Source of the DNA: an uncultured Actinomycetes bacterium
Lineage (GTDB): Bacteria > Actinomycetota > UBA4738 > HRBIN12
Assembly: GCA_963697875.1 (NCBI GenBank)
Contig: OY969099.1
Coordinates: 2,458,736-2,522,735 of the forward strand
DNA: 64,000 nt
Direction: 5' to 3'
In this document: positions 32,115-45,098 of the stretch, in pieces
Numbering within the stretch: position 1 is the first letter of the stretch
How the letters are laid out: every line of letters begins with the position of its first letter
The notes under the pieces: model-generated
The model's input: only the letters and a program-made list of their open reading frames with translations
Databases searched by the model: none
What the model was told of the DNA's origin: nothing
Position numbers and translations under genes: made by a program

Positions 32115-32678
32115 AAGTTCTGACCTGCACGAATGGCGTAACGACTTGGGCACTGTCTCGACCAGGGACTCGGCGAAATTGCAATACGAGTAAAGATGCT
32201 CGTTACCCGCAGCAGGACGGAAAGACCCCGGGACCTTTACTGCAGCTTGATGTTGGGTTTTGGCATGTGTTGCGTAGGATAGGTGGGAGACGGTGAAGCC
32301 GCGCTTCCGGGCGTGGTGGAGTCAACCTTGAAATACCACCCTTCACCTGTTGGGACTCTAACCCAGGCCCGTGATCCGGGTCGGGGACAGCGTCTGGTGG
32401 GCAGTTTAACTGGGGCGGTTGCCTCCTAAAGCGTAACGGAGGCGCCCAAAGGTTCCCTCAGTCTGGTTGGCAATCAGGCGTCGAGTGCAAGGGCACAAGG
32501 GAGCTTGACTGCGAGACCGACAGGTCGAGCAGGAGCGAAAGCTGGGCCTAGTGATCCGACGGCTCCATGTGGAAGGGCCGTCGCTCAACGGATAAAAGGT
32601 ACCCCGGGGATAACAGGCTGATCCTTCCCAAGAGTCCATATCGACGGAAGGGTTTGGCACCTCGATGTCGGCTCGTCT

Positions 32679-32729
<51 letters not shown>

Positions 32730-32748
32730 AGGCACGCGAGCTGGGTTT

Positions 32749-32781
<33 letters not shown>

Positions 32782-33140
32782 TGTGGGCGTAGGAAGCTTG
32801 ACGGGAGCTGCCCCTAGTACGAGAGGACCGGGGCGGACGAACCTCTGGTGTGCCAGTTGTCGCGCCAGCGGCACGGCTGGTTGGCCACGTTCGGAAGGGA
32901 TAAGCGCTGAAAGCATCTAAGTGCGAAGCTCGCCCGGAGATGAGGCTTCCCACCGGGAAACCGGGTAAGGCCCGTGGAAGACCACCACGTCGATAGGCGG
33001 GAAGTGGAAGCACGGTGACGTGTGGAGCTGACCCGTACTAATAGGCCGAGGACTTGACTCTATTTGCTCGCGCTCGCTATCGCGTCTCTCGAGCTCTGCT
33101 CGAGGCACGCGCCCTCACCATCGTCCGTGATGGACACCGC

Positions 33141-33258
33141 GTTTCGGTAGCCATGGCGGAGGGGGAACACCCGGTCCCATCCCGAACCCGGAAGTTAAGC
33201 CCTCCAGCGCCGATGGTACTGCCCGGGTGACTGGGTGGGAGAGTAGGTCGCTGCCGAG
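33141..33258 (+). rRNA. rrf: 5S ribosomal RNA
   Basis: gtttcggtagccatggcggagggg...cccgaacccggaagttaagcc...gggagagtaggtcgctgccgag. Confidence 0.92.
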
Positions 33259-33274
33259 ACATCTTCGCGACACG

Positions 33275-33307
33275 GAACGGGCCACCTCGGTGGCCCGTTC
33301 GTCGTTT
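33275..33307 (+). terminator. putative rrn operon terminator hairpin
   Basis: perfect stem gaacgggccacc-tcgg-tggcccgttc followed by gtcgttt, just 3' of 5S. Confidence 0.5.
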
Positions 33308-33323
33308 CCCGTACCCTTCGTTC

Positions 33324-34016
33324 GTGCCCAAAGCCCTGCGACCCCGCACCGGCGGGCCAGCCCGTGGGACGCCCTCGAAGCAGGCGACCCTGCCGCGCGA
33401 GCTGGCCGACGAGCTGCACCGGACGACTCGCCCGAGCGAGCACAAGGTGGCGGTGGCCCGGCTGGGCCGTGCGATCGAGCTGCTCGAGCGTGGCGACCCT
33501 CGGGCGGCCCTCGTGGAGGCCGAGCGCGCGAAGGCGGCGGCGCCCCGGTCGGCCGGCGTCCGAGAGGTGCTCGGGCTCGCGTACTACGGCGCCGAACGCT
33601 GGTCCGACGCGCTCACCGAGCTCAAGGCCTACAAGCGGATGACCGGACGCCACGACCAGAACCATCTGATCGCCGACTGCCTGCGCGGGCTCGGGCGGCC
33701 CGCCGAGGCGGTGCCGCTCGCCGAGGAAGCCCTCGGGGACCGGACCGTCCCCAACGAGGCCAAGGCGGAGGCGGTGATCGTGGCCACGTCCGCGCTGGCC
33801 GACCAACGACGATACGCGGAGGCGCTCGCCTTCCTCGCGCGTGCGAAGACCCGGGAAGACGTCTCGGAGCGGTATACGCTCCGGCTCTGGTACGTGAAGG
33901 GTGACCTGCTCGAGAAGGTCGGTCGCCGCGACGAGGCGGCCGCGGAGTTCCGCAAGATCGTGCGGCACGATCCGTCGGCCTTCGACGCGGCGGAGCGGCT
34001 GGCTCAGCTGTCCTGA
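33324..34016 (+). CDS. TPR-like repeat protein (hypothetical)
   Basis: 230 aa of Ala/Leu-rich helical repeats (ALVEAERAKAAAP...VLGLAYYGAERWSDALTELKAY...); start uncertain. Confidence 0.55.
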   Translation: MPKALRPRTGGPARGTPSKQATLPRELADELHRTTRPSEHKVAVARLGRAIELLERGDPRAALVEAERAKAAAPRSAGVREVLGLAYYGAERWSDALTELKAYKRMTGRHDQNHLIADCLRGLGRPAEAVPLAEEALGDRTVPNEAKAEAVIVATSALADQRRYAEALAFLARAKTREDVSERYTLRLWYVKGDLLEKVGRRDEAAAEFRKIVRHDPSAFDAAERLAQLS

Positions 34017-34999
34017 CGGTCGAGGTCGATCGCGAGCGGGACCTCGGCGAGCTCGGCGGCATCGCGCTCCGCGCGCTTCTTCCAGTACCGGCTCAGCCCC
34101 ATGGCGTTCATCCGGATCGACGAGAGGACGTCGTAGCGCTCCATGTCGATGTCCTGGCCCGAGTCCTCCCGGTACTCGGTCGCCCCCCGCGTCTCCAACA
34201 GCCCGGCGATCCGGTCGAGATCGTCGTCGAGCGCGAGCGCTTCGCGGACGGTGTCGCTCCAGGCAAGCAGGCGCCGTTCGGCGAGCTCACAGATCTGGTC
34301 GACTTCGGCGACGGGTCCGAAGTGGGACAGGAGCACTAGGTCGGCGCGGTCGCGGATCCGCTGGATGCTTGCGAGCGCGGCCTCGATGTCGACGTCGGGC
34401 GGAGGCATCGCCGGACGGAGCACCCCCACGTCGGGCAGGTGGACCCCGAGCGCATCACCGGCGAAGACCGCACCGGTGGCCCGGTCGGCGAGCGCGACAT
34501 GGTGCGAGGCGTGCCCCGGCGTGTACAGGACCTCCACCGTCCGGTTCCCGAGGTCGATCGTGTCCCCGTCCTCGAGAGCGTGGAGCCGCCCGGTGTCGGT
34601 CGGCTCGACCGGGCCGAACCACTGGAGCAGGCGCTCGGGGCCGTAGATCCGCTCGGCGCTCATCACGAGCTTCGTGGGGTCGGCCAGGTGCGGGGCGCCG
34701 CGCTCGTTCACCCGCACGGTCGCGTTCGGGAACACCCGGGCGAGGGTTCCCACGCCGCCGGCGTGATCCAGGTGGATGTGCGTGACGACGATGTGGGCGA
34801 GATCGCCGGGCGCTACGCCGAGCGACTCCAGCCCGCTGCGGACCGCGCCGGCCGACGTCGTCGGCCCGGTCTCGACCAGCGCGAGCTCGTCGGCCTCCAC
34901 CAGGTAGGCCGACGTCACCAGATAACGGCCCACCATCTTCGTGTCGATGCCGGTGATGCCGTCGGAGACCGCGAACGTCTCGGGCCAGCGCTCTGTCAC
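34004..34999 (-). CDS. MBL-fold metallo-hydrolase
   Basis: HxHxDH motif (VTHIHLDHAGG) and downstream His/Asp ligands; GTG start at 34999. Confidence 0.8.
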   Translation of the reverse strand: MTERWPETFAVSDGITGIDTKMVGRYLVTSAYLVEADELALVETGPTTSAGAVRSGLESLGVAPGDLAHIVVTHIHLDHAGGVGTLARVFPNATVRVNERGAPHLADPTKLVMSAERIYGPERLLQWFGPVEPTDTGRLHALEDGDTIDLGNRTVEVLYTPGHASHHVALADRATGAVFAGDALGVHLPDVGVLRPAMPPPDVDIEAALASIQRIRDRADLVLLSHFGPVAEVDQICELAERRLLAWSDTVREALALDDDLDRIAGLLETRGATEYREDSGQDIDMERYDVLSSIRMNAMGLSRYWKKRAERDAAELAEVPLAIDLDRQDS

Positions 35000-35065
35000 C
35001 CATCGAGTCTAGCGACGGTCGTGTCGGCGGCCGATGCTAGCGTCCGCCCCGGAAAGGGGGAGCCT

Positions 35066-35383
35066 ATGGTGACGGTCAACGTCGTCGTGTTGGCGGGCAC
35101 CGTCGCGGCAGATCCGGTCGAACGCCGGATGCCCTCGGGTGACGAGGTCACCGAGCTCAGGCTCACCGTTCCGGAGGCCGGCAAGCGCCTCCTCCCCCTC
35201 CCGGTTGCGGCGTGGCACGCCACGGTCGGCAAGCGAGCGCTGAAGGGGATCGCCAAGGGCGACCCGGTGCTCGTGCACGGGCAGCTCGTCCGGCGCTTCT
35301 ACCGGAGCGGTGCCGGAGCGCGGAGCCTCACCGAGGTGGTCGCGACGGGCATCAAGAAGCTGGAGGTGCCGGAACCGGATTGA
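35066..35383 (+). CDS. SSB-like OB-fold protein (short, no acidic C-terminal tail)
   Basis: MVTVNVVVLAGTVAADPVERRMPSGDEVTELRLTV... resembles the SSB N-terminal OB fold; 105 aa; RBS gaaaggggg upstream. Confidence 0.55.
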   Translation: MVTVNVVVLAGTVAADPVERRMPSGDEVTELRLTVPEAGKRLLPLPVAAWHATVGKRALKGIAKGDPVLVHGQLVRRFYRSGAGARSLTEVVATGIKKLEVPEPD

Positions 35384-36559
35384 TCAGGCGTCCAGCGGCA
35401 TCATCACGATGCCGGTGCGCGGCTTGGGCCAGAAGAAGGTCGACTTGCGCGGGAGCCGTTCGCCCCGCTCGATCACCTTGCGGATCCGGTCGGGCGTGGT
35501 GGACGGAAGGAAGTAGGCGGCCACCGCGGAACCGTCGCGGACGGCGCGGTCTGCGTCCTCGGGCTCGTGGGTGAACGCGAGGGCATCGCCCTCGGCCACG
35601 CGGTCGAGCAGATCGTGATGCAGGGCCTCGACGGTTGGTGGCTCGCCCCTCAGCGTGTGCAGGCGGTAGTCCACCCCGTCGTCGTTCAGAGCTGCGCTGC
35701 CGTAGGTGAGGGCGGTGTCGTCGAGGGCGTCCAGCAGCTCCGGGAGGTCGGGCACGGTCCGGCCCCCCGTGGGTGGGGTGCCGGTGCGCTGCACCCGGTG
35801 ATAGGGAAGCACCGGCACCTCCTCGGTTCCGGCGTCGACGATCAACGTGAGGATGCGGTCCCACGCGCCGGGACCGTCTTCGGCGTGTCGCTCGTTCCGG
35901 TACTCGAGCGCGGTCGCGTACCGGTGGTGTCCGTCCGCGATCAGGAGCTGCTCGTCCGCGAGCCATCGGTCGACCTGGACGTCGGCGCCGACCGGCCAGA
36001 TGCGGTGCCCGACGCCCTCCTCGTCGACCGTCTGCAGGGCGGGGGGATTCTGCGCAGTGCGGTCCAACAGCTCCGCCAGCGGCGCGTTCGGCCCCGCGAT
36101 CGTCCCGTAGATCGGCGAGAGATGCGTGTGGGTGGCCCGGAGCAGTTGCAGGCGATCCTCGATCGGGCCGGGCATCGTCTCCTCGTGCGGCAGCACGCTC
36201 CCTCCCCACGGCTCCAGCTCCATCGCGCCCACGAGCCCACGTAGCCGTCTTCGCCTGCCCTCCAGCGTGAACCGCAGCTCGTAGGCGTAGAAGAGGGGAT
36301 CGGAGGCCTGGGTCAGCACGCCCGCCGCTCGCCAGTCGCGCAGCATCGTGCCCGCCCGCGAATACCGATCCCGGCTCGGGACCGCCGTCACGCCATCTTC
36401 CGCGAGATCGAGATGCACCACGTTGCACGGGCTGTCGTCCAGACACCGACGTCGGCGGTCGTCGCTGATAACGTCGTACGGCGGCGCCGTCAGCCGGTCC
36501 AGTGGCCCGGCGACCGCGGGATCGTAGGTCAGGCCTCGGAACGGAGCGACGCGTGGCAC
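35384..36559 (-). CDS. DUF1015-family protein
   Basis: VPRVAPFRGLTYDP... with an internal DGHHRYATALEYRNE motif; the track ORF is extended upstream of the probable GTG start. Confidence 0.65.
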   Translation of the reverse strand: MPRVAPFRGLTYDPAVAGPLDRLTAPPYDVISDDRRRRCLDDSPCNVVHLDLAEDGVTAVPSRDRYSRAGTMLRDWRAAGVLTQASDPLFYAYELRFTLEGRRRRLRGLVGAMELEPWGGSVLPHEETMPGPIEDRLQLLRATHTHLSPIYGTIAGPNAPLAELLDRTAQNPPALQTVDEEGVGHRIWPVGADVQVDRWLADEQLLIADGHHRYATALEYRNERHAEDGPGAWDRILTLIVDAGTEEVPVLPYHRVQRTGTPPTGGRTVPDLPELLDALDDTALTYGSAALNDDGVDYRLHTLRGEPPTVEALHHDLLDRVAEGDALAFTHEPEDADRAVRDGSAVAAYFLPSTTPDRIRKVIERGERLPRKSTFFWPKPRTGIVMMPLDA

Positions 36560-36624
36560 CCGGTCTGTATAGCAGTCAGGAACGGCCAGAGGCCGCGTAC
36601 GACCTCTTCTCGCGTGGACGCGCG

Positions 36625-36942
36625 ATGCTCCAGGAGGGCCACCCGCATGCGGCTGCCACGATCCTGGCTCGCGCCAAGCTCCTGGAACCCGACAAGGGCT
36701 CCATCCGCGAGGCCCTCGGACGGGCTTTGTACATGGCCGGCCGCGCAAGTCCGGCCCGTCGTGAGTTCGCCAAGGCGGTTCAGCTCAACCCGTCCGACGA
36801 CTACGCGCACTTCGCGCTCGCCCTCGCGTGCGAGCGGACGGGCCAGCGCACGCGCGCGCTGGGGCACGCGAAGCTGGCGCTCGCCCTCAGCCCGGGGGTG
36901 CCCGAGTACGAACGCGTGCTCGCCCGGCTCTCGGCGGCATGA
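36625..36942 (+). CDS. small TPR-domain protein
   Basis: TPR-like helices (ARAKLLEPDKGSIREALGRALYMAGRASPARREFAKAVQLNPSDDYAHFALALACERTGQ); start set at the ATG at 36625 to avoid overlap with the divergent DUF1015 start. Confidence 0.5.
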   Translation: MLQEGHPHAAATILARAKLLEPDKGSIREALGRALYMAGRASPARREFAKAVQLNPSDDYAHFALALACERTGQRTRALGHAKLALALSPGVPEYERVLARLSAA

Positions 36943-37718
36943 TCGCCGATCGCTACGACTCCTTCCTCTTCGACCTCGACGGCGTCCTGTATCGGGGCCC
37001 GGACGCCGTTCCCGGCGCCGTCGAGGCGCTCGGCGCGCTCCGCGGGCTCGGGAAGGGGATCGCCTTCGTCACGAACAACTCGTCCCGGACGCCCGCCGAT
37101 GTGGCCGCGCACCTGGCGTCCGTCGGCATCGCCGCGACGCCGGACGAGGTCGAGACCTCCGCGCTGGCCACCGGTCTCGTCCTCGCGGATCGGGGCGTGC
37201 GTACGGCCTACGTGCTCGGCGAGAGGGGGCTTCGCGCGGCGCTCGCCGACCGCGGCATCGCGGCCGTCGAGGGGCACGCATCCTCCGTCGACGCCGTGGT
37301 CGTCGGATTCGACCGCACGACCACGTACGACATGCTGCGGACGGCTTCGATCCTGGTGCAGAAGGGTGCCCCGCTCATCGCCTCCAACGCCGACGGCTCG
37401 TTCCCCGCCGGGGACGGCTTCGCGTGGCCGGGGGCCGGTGCGCTGGTGGCCGCGATCGAGATCACGACAGGGGTGACCGCCGAGATCGTCGGCAAGCCAC
37501 ATCCCCCGATCTTCCATGCGGCCCTCTCGCGCGCGGGCGGTGGCCGACCTCTGGTGGTCGGGGACCGGATCGACACCGACATCGCGGGGGCGCACGCCGT
37601 GGGGTGGGACTCCATCTTGGTGCTCACGGGGATCTCCACGCGCGCTGACGCCGAGCGTTCGCCCTTCCCGCCGACGTTCCTGGCGGACGACCTCCGTGTG
37701 CTGATGCAACCGGACTGA
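36939..37718 (+). CDS. HAD-superfamily hydrolase, subfamily IIA (NagD-like)
   Basis: DSFLFDLDGVLYRG...VTNNSSRTP...GDRIDTDI; ATGA overlap with the upstream gene. Confidence 0.8.
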   Translation: MIADRYDSFLFDLDGVLYRGPDAVPGAVEALGALRGLGKGIAFVTNNSSRTPADVAAHLASVGIAATPDEVETSALATGLVLADRGVRTAYVLGERGLRAALADRGIAAVEGHASSVDAVVVGFDRTTTYDMLRTASILVQKGAPLIASNADGSFPAGDGFAWPGAGALVAAIEITTGVTAEIVGKPHPPIFHAALSRAGGGRPLVVGDRIDTDIAGAHAVGWDSILVLTGISTRADAERSPFPPTFLADDLRVLMQPD

Positions 37719-37776
37719 TTCGAAGCCCGAGGGCGCTCGGTATGCTGGGGTCGACCCGGTCGAACGGGAGGAAGCC

Positions 37777-38208
37777 ATGCGCTTGGAAGAGGCACGCAAG
37801 ACGATCGAGGCTGCCCTCGGCAACCTGACTCCGGCGCGGGCCCAGCAGCTCGCGAAGAGCTTCCTGGAGCCCGGCGCGGCCAAGGAGCAGGTGGGGAAGA
37901 CGGCGGCGGACATCCTCGAATGGCAGCACAAGAACCGCGAGCGGGTGCGCGGGTTCGTCCGCAACGAGGTCCAGACCCAGATGAAGCAGATGGGTGGTGC
38001 CACGCAGGATGAGCTGAACTCGCTCAAGAAGCGGGTGCGCGAGCTCGAGCGTCGTGCCGGAATGACGGCATCCGGCCGCTCCGCGGCGCGCAAGCCCGCC
38101 GCCAAGCGATCCGGCGCGAAGAAGTCCACAGCGAAGCGCACGACCGCCACCCCGACGACCCCGGCGACCCCGACGATCCCGACGACCCCGACGACCCCCA
38201 CCGGCTGA
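37777..38208 (+). CDS. hypothetical protein with C-terminal Pro/Thr-rich low-complexity tail
   Basis: 143 aa; coiled-coil-like N-half, then a KR-rich region and PTTPATPTIPTTPTTPTG. Confidence 0.55.
   Translation: MRLEEARKTIEAALGNLTPARAQQLAKSFLEPGAAKEQVGKTAADILEWQHKNRERVRGFVRNEVQTQMKQMGGATQDELNSLKKRVRELERRAGMTASGRSAARKPAAKRSGAKKSTAKRTTATPTTPATPTIPTTPTTPTG
38151..38208 (+). repeat. short imperfect tandem repeat (ccgacgacc-like units) encoding the PT-rich tail
   Basis: accccgacgaccccggcgaccccgacgatcccgacgaccccgacgacc. Confidence 0.5.
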
Positions 38209-38221
38209 GGCTTCGGGCGCC

Positions 38222-39016
38222 GTGACCCGCCGCCGCCTCGACGCCGAGCTCGTCCGCCGCGGGTTGGCAACGAGTCGCGTCGAGGCACAGCAGGCCGTCC
38301 GCGCCGGCCTCGTGCTCGTGGGCGGAGTCGCCGCCACGAAGTCGGCCACGCTGGTGGCCGATGACGCGCCGGTCGTGGTGACGGCGGCGGCGCGCCCCTT
38401 CGTCTCTCGGGGCGGTCTCAAGCTCGCCGCCGCCCTTGACCGGTTCTCGGTCGACCCCGGCGCCAGGGACTGCCTGGATGCGGGCGCATCCACGGGCGGC
38501 TTCACCGACTGCCTGCTCCGCGCCGGTGCGGCACGCGTGATCGCCGTCGACGTCGGTCGCGGGCAGCTCGCCTGGGAGCTCAGGAACGACCCGAGGGTGG
38601 TGGTGCTCGAGAGAACCAACGTGCGCGATCTCCGGCCCGCCTCGCTGCCGTTCGTGCCCAGGCTGGTCGTGGCCGACCTTTCGTTCATCTCGCTGAGACT
38701 GACGCTGCCGACCCTGGTCGCGCTCGCGGTCGCCGACGGGGACTACGTGGTGCTCGTCAAGCCGCAATTCGAGGCGGGGCCCCGCGACGTCGGCCGTGGC
38801 GGCGTCGTGCGCGATCCCACCGTGTGGCGTCGGGTCCTGGGCTCGGTGTGCGACGTCGCGGAGGAGCTCGGGATGGGCCTCATCGGAGCCATGGCCTCGC
38901 CGCTTCCCGGTCCTGCCGGCAACGTCGAATTCTTCCTGCACCTGCGGGGGAGCGGCCGAGCCGAGCCGGTCGATCTCGACGGGGTCGTCCGCGAAGGCGA
39001 GGCGATCCGGGCGTGA
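38222..39016 (+). CDS. tlyA: TlyA-family rRNA 2'-O-methyltransferase (hemolysin A homolog)
   Basis: S4-like N-terminus plus FtsJ-type methyltransferase fold (LDAGASTGGFTDCLL); followed by ppnK and recN as in mycobacteria. Confidence 0.88.
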   Translation: MTRRRLDAELVRRGLATSRVEAQQAVRAGLVLVGGVAATKSATLVADDAPVVVTAAARPFVSRGGLKLAAALDRFSVDPGARDCLDAGASTGGFTDCLLRAGAARVIAVDVGRGQLAWELRNDPRVVVLERTNVRDLRPASLPFVPRLVVADLSFISLRLTLPTLVALAVADGDYVVLVKPQFEAGPRDVGRGGVVRDPTVWRRVLGSVCDVAEELGMGLIGAMASPLPGPAGNVEFFLHLRGSGRAEPVDLDGVVREGEAIRA

Positions 39017-39855
39017 GGCGCGTTGGGTTCGTCACCCACGAGGGGCGCGACTCGGCCGTGAAGGCCACGTCCGTCCTGCGCGATGCGCTCGCGGCCGACG
39101 ACGTGGAGACGCTCGATCTGGGGACCGGGGCCGTGCCGGTCGACCTCGTCGTGGCCGTCGGCGGCGACGGTACCTTCCTTCGGGGCGCGCACGTGGCGGC
39201 GCAGGCGCGGGCGCCGGTGCTCGGCGTGAAGGTCGGCCGGCTCGGCTTCCTGACGGAGGTCGACCCCGACGACGCCCTCGGCCTGATCCGCAGCGCCCTG
39301 GACGGGAGCGCGGCCATCGAGGAGCGGCTCGCGGTTGTGGCCGAGCCGGAGAGGGGCGAGGCGTTCCCACCACAGTGGGCGCTCAACGAGATCATGGTGG
39401 AGAAGCATGCCCGTCACCGCCTCGTCCGGCTGCGGGTGGAGATCGATGGCGTCTACGTGACGACGTTCTCGGCGGACGGCGTGATCGTCGCGACCCCGAC
39501 GGGGTCGACGGCCTATTCGTTCTCCGCTCGGGGTCCGATCGTCTCGCCAGACGTGGCCTGCCTGTTGCTCACGCCGGTCGCGGCCCACATGGTCTTCGAC
39601 CGCTCGTTCGTCCTGAGCGCCGGCCAGGTGGTCACGCTCGAGGTGACGCCGGAGGAGGCCGGCCTCCTCTCGGCGGACGGTCGCGCGACGCTGGAGGTGG
39701 CCGTCGGGACACGCGTGCGGATCCGGGCGTCCAACCGACCCGCCAGGTTCGTCCGGCGGGCCGACGGTCCCGGCTTCCTCGAGCGCGTGAAGGAGAAGTT
39801 CGGGCTGCCCGGCGACCCCGACTGGTTCCACGGTGATGTCGGCGGCCCGGGCTAG
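39013..39855 (+). CDS. ppnK: NAD(+) kinase
   Basis: GGDGT motif (VAVGGDGTFLRGA) and NAD kinase C-terminus; GTGA overlap with tlyA. Confidence 0.88.
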   Translation: MRRVGFVTHEGRDSAVKATSVLRDALAADDVETLDLGTGAVPVDLVVAVGGDGTFLRGAHVAAQARAPVLGVKVGRLGFLTEVDPDDALGLIRSALDGSAAIEERLAVVAEPERGEAFPPQWALNEIMVEKHARHRLVRLRVEIDGVYVTTFSADGVIVATPTGSTAYSFSARGPIVSPDVACLLLTPVAAHMVFDRSFVLSAGQVVTLEVTPEEAGLLSADGRATLEVAVGTRVRIRASNRPARFVRRADGPGFLERVKEKFGLPGDPDWFHGDVGGPG

Positions 39856-39864
39856 GATCCGGAC

Positions 39865-43243
<3,379 letters not shown>

Positions 43244-43253
43244 CCGCGGCCTG

Positions 43254-43769
43254 ATGCGGGAGCCCGCCGGGAGCCGACGCATCTTCGACGGGAAGGTGGT
43301 CTCGCTCGACCTCGAGGAGTGGAGCCTCGGTTTCGCGTACGAGGTGGTGCACACGCCGGGGGCGGCAGGCGTGCTCGCGCTCACACCCGATGACAACGTC
43401 CTGCTCGTGCGCCAGTTCCGCCCGCCCATTCGCGACGCGCTCGTGGAGATCCCGGCCGGGCTCCTGGACGTCGCCGGCGAGGATCCGCTTGCCTGTGCCG
43501 GGCGGGAGTTGCGTGAGGAGACCGGGTTCGATCATCGTGCGATCGAGTTCCTCGGTGGTTACTACGCCTCGGCGGGGCTCACCGACGAGTACGTGCACCT
43601 GTTCTGGGCGCGAACCGAGGAGACCGCCGCGGGCGAGCCCGAAGAGGGGATCGAGGTCCTGCGCCGGCCGTTCCGCGAGATGGTCGACGCCGCGCGCGGG
43701 GGCCGGGTCCGTGATGCGAAGACCGCGCTCGCCCTGATGATGGCGGCGTCGCGGCCGCCGCTGCCGTGA
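43254..43769 (+). CDS. NUDIX hydrolase (ADP-ribose pyrophosphatase-like)
   Basis: Nudix box GRELREETGF; follows pyrG as in mycobacteria. Confidence 0.8.
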   Translation: MREPAGSRRIFDGKVVSLDLEEWSLGFAYEVVHTPGAAGVLALTPDDNVLLVRQFRPPIRDALVEIPAGLLDVAGEDPLACAGRELREETGFDHRAIEFLGGYYASAGLTDEYVHLFWARTEETAAGEPEEGIEVLRRPFREMVDAARGGRVRDAKTALALMMAASRPPLP

Positions 43770-44743
43770 CGGCGCCAGGCTCGCTGGGACACGACACCGT
43801 CCCGGCGACCGCGGAGCGGCACGCGGAGCGCTTCCTGGACCACTTGGCCGTGGAGCGGGGGCTCTCCGCTCACACACTCGCCGCGTACCGCCGCGACCTC
43901 AGGCGGTACGTCGGCTTTCTGGCGAAGCGGGATGTGCGAGACGTGGCGGCGGTCGACGAGCCGACCGTCCGGGCGTTCGTCGCGTCGGTGTCGGCGTCGA
44001 CGTACGGGGCGAACCAGGCGCCGTACAAGGCGAGGTCGGTGGCGCGCGCCCTGTCGGCCGTGCGGTCGTTCCACCGCTTCCTGGTCCGCGAGGGTGTCAC
44101 GGAAAACGATCCGACGACCGGGGTCGTGCGCCCGAAGCTGCCGCGCGGGCTTCCACACCCGCTCGGCGTCGAAGAGGTGCGCCGCGTGCTCGAGGCTCCG
44201 GACGCGGGATCGCCCACCGGCATGCGGGACCGGGCACTCCTCGAGCTGCTGTACGGATCAGGGCTGCGCGTCTCGGAGCTCACCGCGCTCGACGTCGACG
44301 ATGTGGACCTCGAGGACGGAGCCGTGCGGGTGCTGGGGAAGGGCGGCAAGGAGCGCGAGGTACCCGTCGGCCGGTACGCACGGGACGCCGTGGCTGCCTA
44401 TCTCGGCCGGGTTCGGCCCGGGTTCGTCTCCGCGAAGTCGAAGGGAGCTCTCTTCCTGAACGCGCGCGGCGGACGGCTGACCCGACAGAGTTGTGCCCGG
44501 CTGCTCGCAGGGCATGCGCGAAGGGCAGGTCTGGAGCGTCGCGTCAGCCCCCATGACCTGCGACACTCGTTTGCGACGCACCTCCTGGAAGGTGGCGCCG
44601 ACGTTCGGGTGGTGCAAGAGCTCCTCGGGCACGCGAGCGTCGCGACGACACAGATCTACACGTTGGTGACGAAGGAGCACCTGCGTGCGGTGTATTACAC
44701 GTCGCACCCGCGCGCCCGACGCGGGGCGGGGAAGGGGCGATGA
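43766..44743 (+). CDS. xerD: site-specific tyrosine recombinase XerD
   Basis: catalytic motifs R...HDLRHSFATHLLEGGADVRVVQELLGH...Y; follows the NUDIX gene. Confidence 0.88.
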   Translation: MTAPGSLGHDTVPATAERHAERFLDHLAVERGLSAHTLAAYRRDLRRYVGFLAKRDVRDVAAVDEPTVRAFVASVSASTYGANQAPYKARSVARALSAVRSFHRFLVREGVTENDPTTGVVRPKLPRGLPHPLGVEEVRRVLEAPDAGSPTGMRDRALLELLYGSGLRVSELTALDVDDVDLEDGAVRVLGKGGKEREVPVGRYARDAVAAYLGRVRPGFVSAKSKGALFLNARGGRLTRQSCARLLAGHARRAGLERRVSPHDLRHSFATHLLEGGADVRVVQELLGHASVATTQIYTLVTKEHLRAVYYTSHPRARRGAGKGR

Positions 44744-45096
44744 GCGTGTTGGACGAGGCCAAGCTGACGGCGCTCCGCGGACAGCTCGAGGCCCAGCGGA
44801 TCGGCCTCCGCAAGGAGATCGAGGAGTACGGCGCCGACGCGGACCTGGACGAGGTCTCGTTCGAGGGTGATGCGGGGTTCTCCGACCGCTCCCACAGCAC
44901 CGAGGAACGCGCGCGCGTGATCGCGGTGGTGCGGGCACTGCGTTCGAATCTACGGGACGTCGAGCGGGCGCTCGCCAAGATGGAGGCGGGCACGTACGGC
45001 ACGTGCGAGCGGTGCGGGAACCCGATCCCGGTCGAACGCCTCGAGGCGATCCCGTGGACGCTGCTGTGTATCGACTGCAAGAAGGCGGTCGGCTGA
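44740..45096 (+). CDS. DksA/TraR-family C4-type zinc-finger protein
   Basis: C-terminal CERCGNPIPVERLEAIPWTLLCIDCKK; coiled-coil N-terminus. Confidence 0.75.
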   Translation: MSVLDEAKLTALRGQLEAQRIGLRKEIEEYGADADLDEVSFEGDAGFSDRSHSTEERARVIAVVRALRSNLRDVERALAKMEAGTYGTCERCGNPIPVERLEAIPWTLLCIDCKKAVG

Positions 45097-45098
45097 CC

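Noticed and set aside
36502-36624. Upstream part of ORF 36502..36942
   Set aside because: It would overlap the divergent DUF1015 start by about 57 nt. The ATG at 36625, followed by the TPR helices, is the more parsimonious start.
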